64,000 nt of DNA from Aplysia californica (taxonomy: Eukaryota), in NCBI RefSeq assembly GCF_000002075.1, contig NW_004797315.1:1573133-1637132 (forward strand), given 5' to 3'. Shown one piece after another: positions 27,201-42,200 of the stretch. A program made the position numbers and the translations under genes. The stretch's first letter is position 1. Each line of letters opens with the position of its first letter. The notes under the pieces were generated by a model. The model searched no databases. It saw only the letters and a program-made list of their open reading frames with translations, and was not told the origin of the DNA.

Positions 27201-30200
27201 GGTAATTTTAGATTTCAGGATAATGCAATAAGAGAGTGCACACTGGAAAAAGACTTGAACCAATTATTCAAAAGACAAGAAGACAAACACAAAGGGATTT
27301 AAAATCTCCTCTTTTTATTTTACCTATCTCCTCCACACACAAATATTCCCTTGATTATCCAATACGTAAAGACAAAGTTCCAAATAATGTTATTTTCCAA
27401 GATCTTATCTACGGCCTACACTGTGACATTGTCCCCAGAAAACTTACATCTCTCATAACATGATTAAAAGACATACTACATAATACCCAGTGCACACTGC
27501 AATAAGGTTTTGTCACATCTCCACTTGATACATTTGATTAGCCAGATTTTCCTTTACGGATGGGCAAAAGCTATCAATCTGGCAAGCTTTGATCAATTTC
27601 TCCAAAATTAAAAAATGTTTGTATTTTTCTTTATCACAAATCTGATACGTCTAAGGAAAACAGCCTTTTAGAAGTCTTCTCCACTTTTGCACATGAAATG
27701 CGATAGGCCCTGATAGGACTCCTGGGTCAAATTTAATGAAGCAAAGCAAAGGTCAACTTGTTAAAGGGTGCACTGGTGCCACCATTAATCAATCTGACCC
27801 CATCAATCTGATTATACTGATGAACAAAATTTTTAAAGTCTATAGCCCACATCTTACATGGTAAAGAAAGAGTGAAGTCCAGCACTTACTGAGATTATCT
27901 GCTTATCAAACAGATCGCTGTTCTGGGCATCTTGCGCCCGCACCTCCAGGACGAACACACCTCCGGAGAAAGCTTTATATGAGCTGAGAACTGTGAAGAT
28001 GCCTGTGTTGTAGCCATCACCATCCACTTTAAAGGCGCTGAGACCAACAGAACCGCTTTCGCCTTGGGCAAAAAATACAGACCTCAGGATTTGGTAGTTA
28101 ATAGCGTTGTTGCCTTTTCCATCTGCATCCCTGGCATCAAAAGTATGAACTCTTCCAGAGGGACCATCGACTGTTGCATAGGTATTTCCAGTAGCTTGAA
28201 TAGCTGTAAAGTATAGGAAACCAAGTGTAAATGAGGTAACAAATCTATGGCTTCATATTCAAAGACTTTGCTTCAAAGTCAAGAGAAACAGATACTTCTT
28301 TAATGAAAAAAAGTATATTTAAAATGGATGTGGATGGAAATGATTCCTATATAAAGTATGTTTATATCAGCAAGAAATGTAAATACACAAGTGGTGACCT
28401 TTGAGACATTCAGCATAGGTCTTATCAGTGTCCTTGACCTCTTTCCATCACCAGTTCATAACTGTTCTTCCTCTACAACAAGTTTTCTTTTCTTTGTGTC
28501 AAAGCTAATTGATCTAAAGAAGGATCATTCCAAAGGCACGGCACTTGGTCCCATAAAACGAAACTTGGCTAGCAAGCAATTTTCAGGAACAACTGGCAAA
28601 AGCCGCTTTACATTAATTGAACTCCAAACTTCCACATCTTGGTTTGATTCAAAATCAGCAGTGCTTCAACAGATAACAAACATACTAATGACCAACATAC
28701 AAATTATAGAAACATCAATGAACAGCACACACAAAACATGAATGAGAGATCATTCACAGGAAGTGTCAACTTTTCCATACTTTCAAATGGTCAACATAGA
28801 AATCTTGTATGTGAAGAATAAATGTCTTTACTGTGACAGCCATCAAGTTCATACAATTTTTTTTCTTTGATATAATGATCTCTAAAAGGAAGATGGCAAA
28901 AATTACCAGCAATAGCTGTAGGTGATGGGAACTTGGGTCCATTATCGTTCTGATCGATGACCCGCACCTCGATGTAGGCCACATCATCCTGAAGAGGTCG
29001 GACTGCGGACATGTCAAAGGCCCTCTTTCTACGGCTGACACTTGCTGGAACCTCAGACCTGATCCTGACACACATGTAGAACTCTGTGCTTTCCTCATAG
29101 TCTACAATGCGGCGTGTGACCAAACGTCCATCGGGATTGAGACTCAGGGCAGACATCGCATTACCTCTCCGGCCTGTGGAGAAGGAAGTCAATGGTTTGA
29201 ATTCAACAGGACAAAATTATTTCTGGCCACATTCCTCATATTTTATCACAACTTACATCAGTTCTGGAAGGGCCACAATAAAATTAATCTTAAAGATCCT
29301 ATGTCACTATGTGGAAACTGACTATCTCTGTAGGTTGTTCATTTCTTTCATAAAAACATGTGCTGCTGCGGAGACTTTGAGTTAAATACAGCAGGGACTT
29401 TAGGATTCACATTTAATCTCAATGGAGCTCAATAGTCACACCTCTTTTATTTGGGGCATTTATTCAGAGGCACAATCGAGTCTGGTATCAGCATAGCAAG
29501 CATAAGACTCATCAAAACAAAAGTCTGCAACACATCCTTCCTTGCCTGGCTCAGTACCCATGTAATGGTGAAACAAAAAGATATGAAAGAACAAAGAACT
29601 CACAATATTCATTGTCCGAATAGAGCTCATAAGTAACAGCATTGTTCCCAGGACCGTCTGGGTCGCATCCTGAAAGTCTTCTGATGGTTGTATTCACAGG
29701 CTCATTTTCTTCCACCGTCACTATCACAGGTTGACTCAGCTAGAAACAAACAAAAATACCCAACCGAATAGCATAGTTAAACGCAAGAGATGAAAAAGTT
29801 TTAAAAATGTAACTCTTTTAACATGAATCAACACTCTCAGCGTTAGAACTAAAAGGGAAGAACAGTGTCATCGCTCACTGTTTTTCTCCTTGTCTCTTTA
29901 ATTATTTCTTCCTCACCATTAATTCAACAAACAGAAGTCATTCGTTCATAATTCCTCTATTTTCCAGCTTCTGAATGCAATTAACTTGGATTTGATGTAT
30001 GACATGACTACATTCCAATAGTATTTGTCTTCTTCTGTTTTGAAGAAAATTGTAAACACTGCTAGTCAGATTTAGCTGCTGCAGTGTTGTGAAAACTGCA
30101 GGTTTTGTCAAGCACTGTCTGAATGAATTAAAAGTGAAAGGATGACAGCAAGTTAACCCATGAACTTGAACAGAGAAACTTATTTCTATCAAACATTTGC

Positions 30201-33200
30201 TTCCTAACTTTACAAGAAACTTAAGAAAAAAATCCTTAATTGCACCAGTGAAAACACTTATATTATTGAGCATATAGTAATATTTTGAGGGAGTGATGCA
30301 TTTCGTACACAATTTTGAGAATTTTAGAACATAAAATCCTCATTAACATCAAGTAGATAAATCATTACTTTTGCAGAGGAAGCCTTTTTAGAGAGCTTAT
30401 CAGTCTCTGATGATTAACTGAATTTAAACCCAATGACAAAAGTCATTTTGAACTATTATCTTGGCAACCCATAGTAAATAAAATCTCAACACTATCGAAA
30501 GCAACAGTACCCAAACACCAGTCAAGAAAACACCAAGTATAAGAAAAAGCACCCAAATTTTAGTCTTGAACCCTGATAACTATTCAACTAGACTGGCGGA
30601 AAAAGTCAGCCATCTCTCAGTACACAAATAAAAACCATGGAAGACAAATAGAACTATCTCTGTGGAAGACAAATAGAACTATCTCTGGACTGACATCATT
30701 CTTCTGATAAAATGTAAAAAAGACCTCACATGCAGTAGAACACACAAAATATTTCACAATGAATTACAAATTATAACAAAACATGGAACTTTTACTTTTA
30801 ATTTCAATTTGACGATCCACTGGCAAACATGTGTTCCTGAGATGACCGCCAACTATCGTGCCAGAACTCGTCTGCTGGGACATTTTGTGACCCACTTTCA
30901 GCACTTTTCAAGGACCCCCGAGCAAGTGTTGAGTTCCTGCGTGCTATCGGCATCGCTGACCACAGCGCCAGAAGAAAGAGAGAGAGAAAGAGAGAAAAAG
31001 AGAAAGAGAGAGAGAGAGTGACTGGCAAACGGGGAACAAAACATGAGAATCTCTTAATACTCAAAAGGTGCTAACGGCTCTAAATTTGAGGAGAAAAAAA
31101 TCCTTAAAACGTCCAGGAATGACTTCCAAAAGGTTTTTCTCCAATGAACGTACCCCACTGCCACATGCTGGATAGCCATTTGGATTACTGAAGGTAGCGT
31201 CGTTGTCATTCTTGTCAGTGAGCTCAAGTATCACAGTGCGGCCAGTCCTAATTTGGAGCGGGCTACTTGTGTCTTGAGCGTACACAAGTAGCTGGAGAAA
31301 CATCAATCAAAACAAGAAATCTCAGCAAATTAAGCATGAGCAAACACAAACTCGGGTAAAAAAAAATTCATGCACATAAACAAATGTCTTGTCTTTTAAA
31401 GAAACTGAACAAGGGGCAAAAACTTTAACCTTACCTTCGAATTTCTAAACACAGCATTTTTCGGGATAGCCCGCTTGCGTTTAAAATCACCCAACTTGTG
31501 TCATAACGCAGTGGGATCAGGCGAGCGTCAATTTTCTACATTTGGAGTTATTGGTATTTTCTTAAATCTCGTTCATTTGTCATGCATTCGATGAAAAAAA
31601 ATACACATGTATCTTGAACAGATGTCGAGATATTTCTGATTGAAGAAGGTGGGAGTCACCTGATTTCATATGTAAAATATCGGGGAAATGGACACAAAAG
31701 TTTGTAACTTCCATAACTTGCAAGTCCTTGGAAAATGAAAATTTACATCCAGCACAAGGATAAATAACAGTGTGCTTTGAGCATAAACAAACTTTCCCAA
31801 AAGAAACAAAATCTGCAAGTACAAACACTCGATGAACAAATTACTGACTCCATACAGGACTGCCCTTATAGAAGCAACAGAAGGAATAAATAATACATAT
31901 CATGGCTCATTTTCATTTTTTTAATTTCTAGAAGGCAGCTATCAACAGAAAAAAATTGAGTTTCTTCCTTTTACAACATACAACATACAAAACTTTGTAT
32001 CAAGTTTAGTGTTGAGTGTAATACAAAAATGGACCCAAAAGATGCTGTTCATTAAAGTAGGGACACCATAAGAGACACGCTATGGTTTCAGGGTCAAAAG
32101 CAATATACCGACAATCACAGCCACATTATTACTAATAAATCTAACCCCTCCTAATTTCAGACTGATCTACAAGAGTGTCAAATATAATTGGTCGCTTTTA
32201 AGGACAAGCGGGCTAACCCGCATGGCGGGTTATCCAAAAATCTTGACCTACACCAACAGTGGGCATTGCCCTATCTATAGGAGCAGTTTGGTTTCATTGG
32301 TGTGTATATTAATTTGGTTATAGAGAAAACTCTCCTTGTCTTTTAAAGAAACTGAACAAGGGGCAAAAACTTTAACCTTCGATTTTCTAAACACAGCATT
32401 TTTCGGGATAGCCCCCTTGCGCTTAAAATCACCCAACTTGTGTCACAACGCAGTGGGATCAGGCGAGCGTCAATTTCCTATATTTGGAGTTATTGGTATT
32501 TTCTTAAATCTCGTTCATTTGTCATGCATTCGCTGAAAAAAAAATACACATGTATCTTGAACAGAAGTCGAGATATTTCTGATTGAAGAAGGTGGGAGTC
32601 ACCTGATTTCATATGTAAAATATCGGGGAAATGGACACAAAAGTTTGTAACTTCCATAACTTGCGAGTCCTTGGAAAATGAAAATTTACATTTTGTGTGC
32701 CTTTAATCAACGCTTTTTAGTAAAATCTAGACAGAAATACGTTTTTAAATAGATGTAAAAGGTGATGAGCCAAACAAAATAAAATCAATAAAAATTACCA
32801 AACGGGAAGGAAAATGTCAGTTTTTTCGATTTCATTATTTTGACAAGCGCCTGATATCACAACGATGCCTCGCATTTAAAAAACAGGATTTTAAAATTCT
32901 AAACTGAACATTGATAAAAAAAAAATAAAAAATTCACCACACATTCACTAGCCTGCTCACTTTCAACCCCAACCCATCTTCCTCCTCCAAAAACAGAAAC
33001 CAACAATCAACAAAATAAAAACCCCAAAATGTTACCATATCTTTAAAAATATCAACGGCACACTCACTTCCAAGTTGCCTTGTAATTTAAAATCATTTCC
33101 AATTAATGCTCAGACATATGTGTCATGACGCGGTGGAATCAGGCGCTCTTCAATTTTTGGGCATCAGTTGTTGGTATCATCTTAAAAGTAATTTAGTTGC

Positions 33201-36200
33201 CTTGCTTTCAATTAAAAAATATCCATTTATCTTGAATAGAAGTCGAAATAGTTGCGATTGAAGGACATGGGGTCACCTGATTTCAAAAGTAAAATTAATG
33301 AGAAAATGGCCGCCAAAGTTTGGTGACTTCCATAGTTTAAGAGTCCTTAGAAACGGCAAATTTACATTATTTGGGCCTTTAATCAACGTTTTTGCATAAA
33401 ATCCACAAATTAAAGTGTTTTTGAACGGACATACAAGGTGTTGAGCCAAAAAACAAAAATTCGAAAAAAACGCCCAAACAAGCCGAAAATGCCGATTTCT
33501 CTGATTTCACTATTTTGACAAGGGCTTGATTTCACCATGATGCCTCACACATTGCTTCAACAAAATAAACAGGGCGCTGCACGGTGGCGACCAGCAACGG
33601 CATGTTAGCAAAATTGTTTGCTATTGCTGTTATATCGTGTATTTATGTATGTATTTATGCATGTATTTTTGCACTTTATGCACAGTGAATATTTGGTACC
33701 TGATAACTTTCTTGGCGCTCTCGATCTAGCGGTTGTACAATGGTTAAACGTCCGTTGGAGTCCATCCTGAAACTTGAGTAACTGTCACTGCTTGCTGACA
33801 GTTCAAAAGTGATGTTGGTGCCAGTGCGGGCTTCAGCATCAAAGAACAATTCATTCCCACCATGATCTTTGACAACATAGTTGGTCTCCTCCTGGGGGGG
33901 GGTCATAACAGCAAATACTAAAAGTCATACAAATACTAAGAGACACAAGTTAGGTCTTGTTTCAGATTTGTTAATAAAGATAATATTGATTACTTTACTT
34001 TTACCTTTTTTTACTTTTTCATCCTCTGTTGCTGTAAAGCGTCGAGGAGAGATGCAGTTTTCTATGGTAGGCCAGCTCTGCCATTTATGTAGTGCTCTTT
34101 TCTATACAAGGATAAGCTCTGAGCACTTTACATCAAAGAGGAGATAAGTAAAACCTAATACATACACCCCCCCCCCCTACAAAAAAACCCATTTCATATA
34201 AACAAGAAAACCAGTTCAACTACATACGGAAGAACTTTCTCAGTCATTCATTAATTTATACATGTTTAAGGACAGCAGTGAAAGCAAGACACATCGGCAA
34301 CTGCTAACACATTCCAACAGAGACATAAACAAATGAGTTCTATGTGACTATTTTTTAGGTCTCTTTTTGAGTGAAGCAAAATGGTCCCTTAAAGGCCATC
34401 TAATACTGAAAAAAAAAGAAGAAAAAAAAAAAAGACCTACTAGAGGTACCCTCTAACCACCTGTACAAGAATAGTCTTAGAGACAAACACTTTTCAATAC
34501 AGGATGTTGACTTTATAAGTAGGCTTTGGACGGGGGGTGGGAGTTTCAATGCTCCACTTTTTCCCCCTCAATGAATTGCATCAGTAGAAGAGAAGAAGAA
34601 AATGTAAACGTAATTGTAAGCGTATAGAGCTTGCTGTTGAGCGAGGATTTGCGCTATACAAATGCTATCTATTATCTATTATTATTAAACAAAATTCCTC
34701 AGTGTGAGAGGCAAGTCTGATGGAAAGAGAGGCAGAAGCAGACAGAGGGAAAAGATACTGGACAAGATGACAACATGGCTGGGAGGTGCAAGAACAACAG
34801 ACACCATTGCTGCAACGCAAGACAGAACGAAGTGGAGGTCCATGATCGACCACGCCACCGGATAATGATGATGAGAGGGAGGTGTTGTCATGAATCTACA
34901 CACACACACCCATAAACACTGACCTCGGGGGCATAGACAACGTGCCCCACTGGTGGTCCCAGCCACCTGGGGTTGCCATCGTTATCCTCAGTGCTGAGGA
35001 CTGTGATATCAATGGTCATGAAATCCGTCCTGGGCACGTTGCCGTTGTCCCGGGCTCGCACCCTCAGCGAGTACTTCTTGTCTCCTTTACCCACAAGGCT
35101 GGTGGCCACATAGATTGTGCCAAACAAGGGTGAGATTTGAAACAGCGACAACGCTGAAGAGGTAAATAGGCAGGTGAAACGAAAAGTGATTAATCGTCTT
35201 ACAGCACCTGAAAGACTTTCTCAAAGGGGCGGGGGGGGGGGGGGATAAAAACTCTGCAATCAAACACAATTTTTAGACACTCAAGTTTATCTTACCTTTC
35301 CAATATACTCAGTCGCTTTTTTAACTATTGAGTTGAAAAGAAAATCAAAAACAACATTCCCTCAAGAAAGTTGATTATTAAGGGGAGACATACACTCCCG
35401 GAAAAATTTTCTAAACAAATGACTTTTATTCACTTTCATGTAATTGTGCAAGAAGTTCATAGGTAAATAGGATGTACTAAGGTTGAATTTGTTGAATTTC
35501 ACTGAATAATGGGTCTCTGAGGCGGCCATCTTGGATTTTCAAACCAGTTTCTTAGTGCAGAAGAATTTCATAGTAAATATTGAATTATCAACTTGAAATT
35601 TGGCACACAAGTACAAACCTATATGAACTGGGGATCCATGTGGGATTTTGACCTATCTTTAGAACTAAAAAAGTCAGCCCAAAGTCATTGGACCCCCGAG
35701 AGTCAGTTGACGAAATTTTGGGGTACATATTACAAAAAAATTTTAATATTTCCACAAGTTACCAATATTTCACAATTCCCTAACATAGATCCCCAGAATA
35801 GATCTTAAAGCACCTGTACACCAAATTTGAAAACTCCTTGCACCAAAGATGTCACATATGTCAAAAAGTAGATTCTGAGAAAAACAGAAAAAACAGGGAT
35901 TTTTTAAAGGATTTTTAGAGCAATTTGAACTTTTCAAAGCCCTTTTAGGTCATTTCCGGTATTTTTTCAACAGTTTCTTCATTGTGACCCGATAGAACAG
36001 ATGTTTTCCCGCAAAAAACAAAAGTTGGATAGTTTGAAAAATGTTATCGATATTGCCTGGGATCGCCGACCCGCGTCTTCCCTTAATAATGATAACAATG
36101 CTAACTATGATGATGATGATGATGATGATGAATAATTTCTTTTTCCCCCACTCCGATACAATACAACTCTAGGTGCTTCACAATACTTTCATTTAAACAG

Positions 36201-39200
36201 AAAATAGTGTGCGTGAACAAATTAAGATTAAATTATTGAAGTTTCTAAAATATTCTTTTAAAACTGTAAAGCTTGTTGTGTTGTAAAGTTTTGATTTGCA
36301 TCTTCGAGGATTTCTTTCTACTATACACCCCATCCTATAAGAGATACACAATTATTGCTATTTCAGCTGTCCTGCCTTTTAAATGCCGAATTGTTTTCAT
36401 AGGAGCATTCAGTACTTCAACTTCAGGTTCCCCAACTGCCTCACGGGTAAACGTGTTCATAAATAAGAGCAGTGAACAAAATAAGAAACTTTATAAAAGT
36501 GTGTCGTACTTTTGTGTCCATTGACACCTGATTACAGGAATCCAAGGAGCTCACTGTACATCACCTGAGCTCACTCCACTAACGGTAAGCTGCAGTGTCC
36601 TATCTAAATATGAAGCAGACACCCACAGCAAGTGTAAACTGAGAACACAACAACACAACTATCCTGATCTGGCGTTTGTCATCTCTATGGACTTGCTCTA
36701 TGGGCAAGAACACCCAGATAAATATCTCCATCGGATTGTTCTATGGAAGGAACACCCTGATAAATATATTCATTGACTTGTTCTATGGGCAGGAACACCC
36801 AGATAAATATCTCCATCGGATTGTTCTATGGAAGGAACACCATGATAAATATATTCATTGACTTGTTCTATGGGCAGGAACACTTTGATCAATATATTCA
36901 TTGACTTGTTCTATGGGCATGAACACCCTGATAAATATATTCATTGACTTGTTCTATGGGCATGAACACCCTGATAAATATATTCATTGACTTGTTCTAT
37001 GGGCATGAACACCCTGATAAATATATTCATTGACTTGTTCTATGGGCATGAACACCCTGATAAATATATTCATTGACTTGTTCTATGGGCAGGAACACCC
37101 TGATAAATATCTCCATTAACTCCTTTTATGGCCAAGAACGCCCTGATAAATATCTCCATAGACTCGTTCTATGGCCAAGAACGCCCTGATAAATATCTCT
37201 ATTGACTCGTTCTATGGCCAAGAACGCCCTGATAAATATCTCTATTGACTAGTTCTATGGCCAAGAACGCCCTGATAAACATCTCCATTGACTTTTCCTA
37301 TGGACAGGAACACCATAAGGACTATGTAAAAAATAGAGACATTAGTTTAATTCTATCTTGAAGGGATATCTTACCTTCAAGACTATTGACCACACCATTT
37401 GCTTCAAGGGAATAAGTAATGCGACCATTCTCGCCGATGTCATCATCAAATGCTTGCACACTCGAAATCTCAGAACCAACATCAGCAGTTTCCGGAACAA
37501 CATAACTCCGAGAATCATCTTTGAAAACTGGCGAGTGGTTGTTCTCGTCAATGAGCTTGATAGTCAACTGTTGGCAAAAAAATTAGCTATTGACAGGATA
37601 AGACAAAGTCGGGGAAAGTCAAATCGACATTCACAGACCAAAACATAACTGACTCAAAGTTTAAAACTTCTTTCTATCTTACATTACATACATCTGCTTT
37701 TTCTACCTTATATCTGTCTATCAGCTTCCTTGGTGCTGCTGATGGGTATTTTTTTTGCATGGTAAATGAGGTAGATCTAGATCTTAAATTGTTGGTGAAA
37801 CAAAAACTTTAATGAATTCTAAATGATAGCGCAGACTGAATTCTTGTCGTTCAGGAAAATCCATGAGTTTCATTCTGGCAGATAGGAGTTAACAGAGACT
37901 TACCACCGCAGTGCTGGTTCTCCTGAGATTGGAAAATGATGTATCCACATTTGGGTTGTCAATGGCAAGAATGTCAAGCTTGTACAGGTTGCGTCTGTTG
38001 TAGTCCAGCTGCGCCCCCTCAGCAACCAAGACAACAGCATCTATATCCTAGAACACAAGCACAAACAACACATCAGATATTACACAGGGACTCTCGTGGT
38101 CTAGAGGTTAAGGTATTGGCCTCTTATTCAAAGGTCCCAGTTTCGAATCCGGACAGTGACAGAAAATTTTCTTCTCTAAAATTTTCTCCTTTCATATCCT
38201 TTCCTGCTCTCTAACAATGTTCTGTCGTCTGCTTTCGTCTCCACTTTCTGCCCCACCCCCTCACCTCCTTTGCCCCCTCCTCTTGGCTCCTGACTCTTTT
38301 TGCAGCCTTTCTACTGCTACTACTTGGCTCCTTCTTACTGCTGTTTTTCAGCCTCACCCCTGATCTTATGGTAGGTAAGATCTACACCTAGCTTTTTCGG
38401 GTAAGAGCAAATAAATCTTGAAGGTGCCATGTGCAAATTGCACACATTAAAGATTCCTTGGTCGTCCAAAATCAATAAGAGTACGCTTCAGCCACCACCC
38501 GGGCAAAACTCAAAATTTCCTGTCTGAAATTCTTTAATGTGTCCCGTGCACTCATATGACCTTATGCAGTTGTGAGCCTATCTGATTTAGTAACAGTCTT
38601 ACAATGAAACAAACAAACCTTCCGGAACAGGGTGAAATCCTCAGATCCCAAGCCACCAGAGATTCTGTAGTCGATGGGACCAAAACTGGAGCTGTCAACA
38701 TCAGTAGCCAGCACAGTGACGACCTCTGTCGGATACTGGGCTGTCTCCGAGATTTCCGCATAATAACTCTTCTGTAAAAGTGGACATTCACTTTAAGTAT
38801 GCATGGCTGGTTCTCAACAAAAACCCGAAAATGGCAATGGGTTCTTTTTAACAGCCTTCATTTTTGTGTGCTTCAGAGCAGCTTTTATGAAGCTTATCTT
38901 TGGAACCCTTCCACAACAGAGCTGTTCATGAAGTGATTATTTTTCTCCTTATCCTTTGAACCTCAGTACAATTCTATAGTGCGGTCAAAAATACTTGGCA
39001 ACTTATTGTCAAATATTTCTTAAACTATCGAACATAGACTCTCCAGCTTGTGCACAATGATTTGTATCAATTTGTCTTAACAGATCAATATTTTTGTAAA
39101 CACCTGTTCGCTGTATTCTAGAAAATTCCATAATAAATACTAATAAAAATTCCAAGAGTGGTATCTACAGATTTTAAAAGGTTAACAGCTAGGACATTAT

Positions 39201-42200
39201 CGCTTTCAAAAGCAAGTCCGACAGGGTTTTTTAAAAATCACGACATTATGCTTATTGAACACATGTTTTGAGAACCTTTAGTGCAAAACATATTTTCACA
39301 ATAAAATTATTTTCTTGTAATAAGTTTTGCTACTAAAAAGTGTCGTTGGTTAGCTGTGACAGGCCATATGAGTATACAAAATGTGTTAGAAGCAGGAAGT
39401 GCTGTGAACAATCCCATTTTCTGCATGACAGAGATTAATTGATTTATAGTATTTTATATAAATTTATGAAGAAATTTTTAAAAATCTAGCCTCAATTGTT
39501 GTGGGGGAAAAAAAAGGTAAAGTTAAGACAAATTGATACAAACTGCTGGGCAAAGTATGGGTGACATTGATTCCCCCGTTTAAGAGATATTTGAAGATAA
39601 GTTGAAACACTAATTTTTTACGACACACTCTTTAAGCATATATTACATTTACCCTTCTGAGCATGCATGCCTAAGCATGTGGCAGCAAAAACCTGGCAGT
39701 TGACCCATGAAAGCTCAAGCACAGAGACCCTGTAGGCTCAGGGGGCCCAAGGCTCATGCAATTAAATATTATGAGGTCACGTTTATTGAAGTATTGTTAT
39801 ACCAATATTAGGTATGATTCCACTAAACAATACATAAAAAGGATAATGCTTTAACATGCTTTCTTTCAGATGAGGACTAACATGTGCTCTTTGACTTAAA
39901 GCTAAAGAGAGAAAAAAAACCACCATCCTTCCCCCTCCAAACTAATTCACTGAACATATACCTTTACTTTGACATACAGAACAAAGACAAAAATGAAACA
40001 AACCCTCTGGAATACTGGAGAGTTGTCGTTGACGTCATTAATGCTGACAGTGACCGTGGCTGTTGCACTTCGCAGCCCATCTGTAGACATGGCCTTCACA
40101 ATGATCTGGTGTTCTTTGACCACCGTTTCATAGTCCACTTGACGAGCAAGGAGGATCTGGCCACCTAAACAATGAAAAGACAATGATACCAGCTCTTCAA
40201 AGGGTCTCTAAATCAAAACAGAATATGACAGGTGCAAGGGTGTATTTAGAGCCTAAAAAGCCACATCATGAAGTGGCAATCAGTCAAAATTCCACTTGCA
40301 TTTCAACACTTTACCTTCAGAATTGAAGATGTCCAGCTCAGCTTTATCCAACTGCAGACAGTCAAATCTACAAGAAAAAAGCCAGAAACATCCCAAGCCC
40401 ATACAGATAACATTGTTTGCACGAACATAATTATCTAAGAGACATTTTATTCACAAGTTACGCTAAGCATCACTGACAGAGAATGTCTATTTGTTTCATT
40501 TGAGAAAAGAAAAGCATTTCAACACAATAATGGTCATTTAGTGCTGGGACAAAGTAAGACAAGACAGACAGAAAGAACAAAGGGAAAGTAAAGAAATAGA
40601 AATCAGCACAACAGGCATCTGTTCATCCCATCATGAATCCTTGTAATGGGAATGTCCCTTTTTTAAACAATAAAAAAAAGCATGCAAATAAATTGTCAAG
40701 AAGAAGCAGGTAACATATATTAGCAATCGTCAATCGTGGTGAAATCTGGCACTTATCAAAATAACTAAATCGAAGATACTGGCATTTTCCCACCAGTTTG
40801 GTAATTTTTATCAATTTTTTGTTAATGGCTCAGCACCTTTTGTGTTTATTTAAAAACACATTTCTGATTGAATTTTACTGACAAATGTTGATAAAAGGCA
40901 CAAAAAGATGTAAATTTTCAGTTTCCAAGGACTCTCAAGCTTAGGCAATCACCAAACTTTACCTCTGATACTCAGTGACCCCACCTCCGACAATCGCAAA
41001 TATCTCGACTTCTATTCAAGAAAGATGCATATTTTATTCATCAAAAGATAGTGAAATGAACAAGCTTAAAGATGATACCAATAACTTCACAGGATCAAAA
41101 ATTGACGAGCGCCTGATTCTACCACATCATGACAAAGTTATTCTTTTTATCATATGATATACGATAAAAAGATTTAACTTTAAATTGACAGCACTGATGA
41201 AAGAGCACTCAGCATCCTACACTAAATGAATATTTCCAGTGGGAAACGAGAGAGAGAGAGAGAAAAGTACGTTGTTTTCCAGGGAAAGGGGTTTTTGGGT
41301 AAACACATTAACACAACAACAGTCATCCAATGCTGGGGAAAAAAACCCAAATAGACAGTGAAAACAGATGAAAAGTATAGAAGTAGAAACTGCAAGTGGC
41401 AACCTCCAACCACCCAAAAAGAATAGCTACATAAACCAAAAAATAGGAAGGTGGTCTCACCAGCAGTAACCGAAAAGTACTCAGAGGAAGGCTCCAGCTT
41501 GGAATATATGATACCAGTAGCTTGAGGGTCGTTGGCCGTGACTGTAGCTGCTCTGTAACCCACCACCTCATCTTCGTTCATAAAGCTGACGGGGATAGGG
41601 TCAAACCTGATGGCAGTGTCGGGCTCGCCTTCAATTATAATGGTCACTTGGGCTGGGAATAAGAGACAATACAAATGTGGAAATCAGTAAGAACGAGGCA
41701 GAGCATTTCTATTTATAGTCTTTTTTTAAAAAGGTTCGCCAGTTTTGGATCAAATTATGATATCTCATTCAGTCACTTCTGAGCCTAAAATAAGCTACTT
41801 GAGAATTTGGAGAAGGCATAGTTTTGCCTTAAAGTCTTTTAACACACTGAGGAAAGACAGAAACTGCATGATTTTGAGAAAAATGTATCTTTTAAGCAAT
41901 AAATGTCTTTCCTTTCATAATTTATCCTTTTTATCCTTTTTTCTCACCTACTATTCATTTTCTGTTTGATTACAATGAAATTTTAAGGATGTGTTACTCA
42001 CACCTAAACTTAATTTTATACTGTAGAACAGATGACTAGATGCATTTATGACTTATGAGTTAAGAATGACTGTGTAATCGCATTCAAAGGTGTAAGAGGG
42101 GAGGTAAGTTATCTGCCTATAATCTTTTTTTCCTGTTCAAGATATCCCTCAGCCCTACTTTATACACTTTGTTTGAGAATATCTACCAATAGACCAAATC

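Noticed and set aside
36680-37315. CRISPR-like array
   Set aside because: Contiguous tandem units without unique spacers, in a eukaryotic intron.
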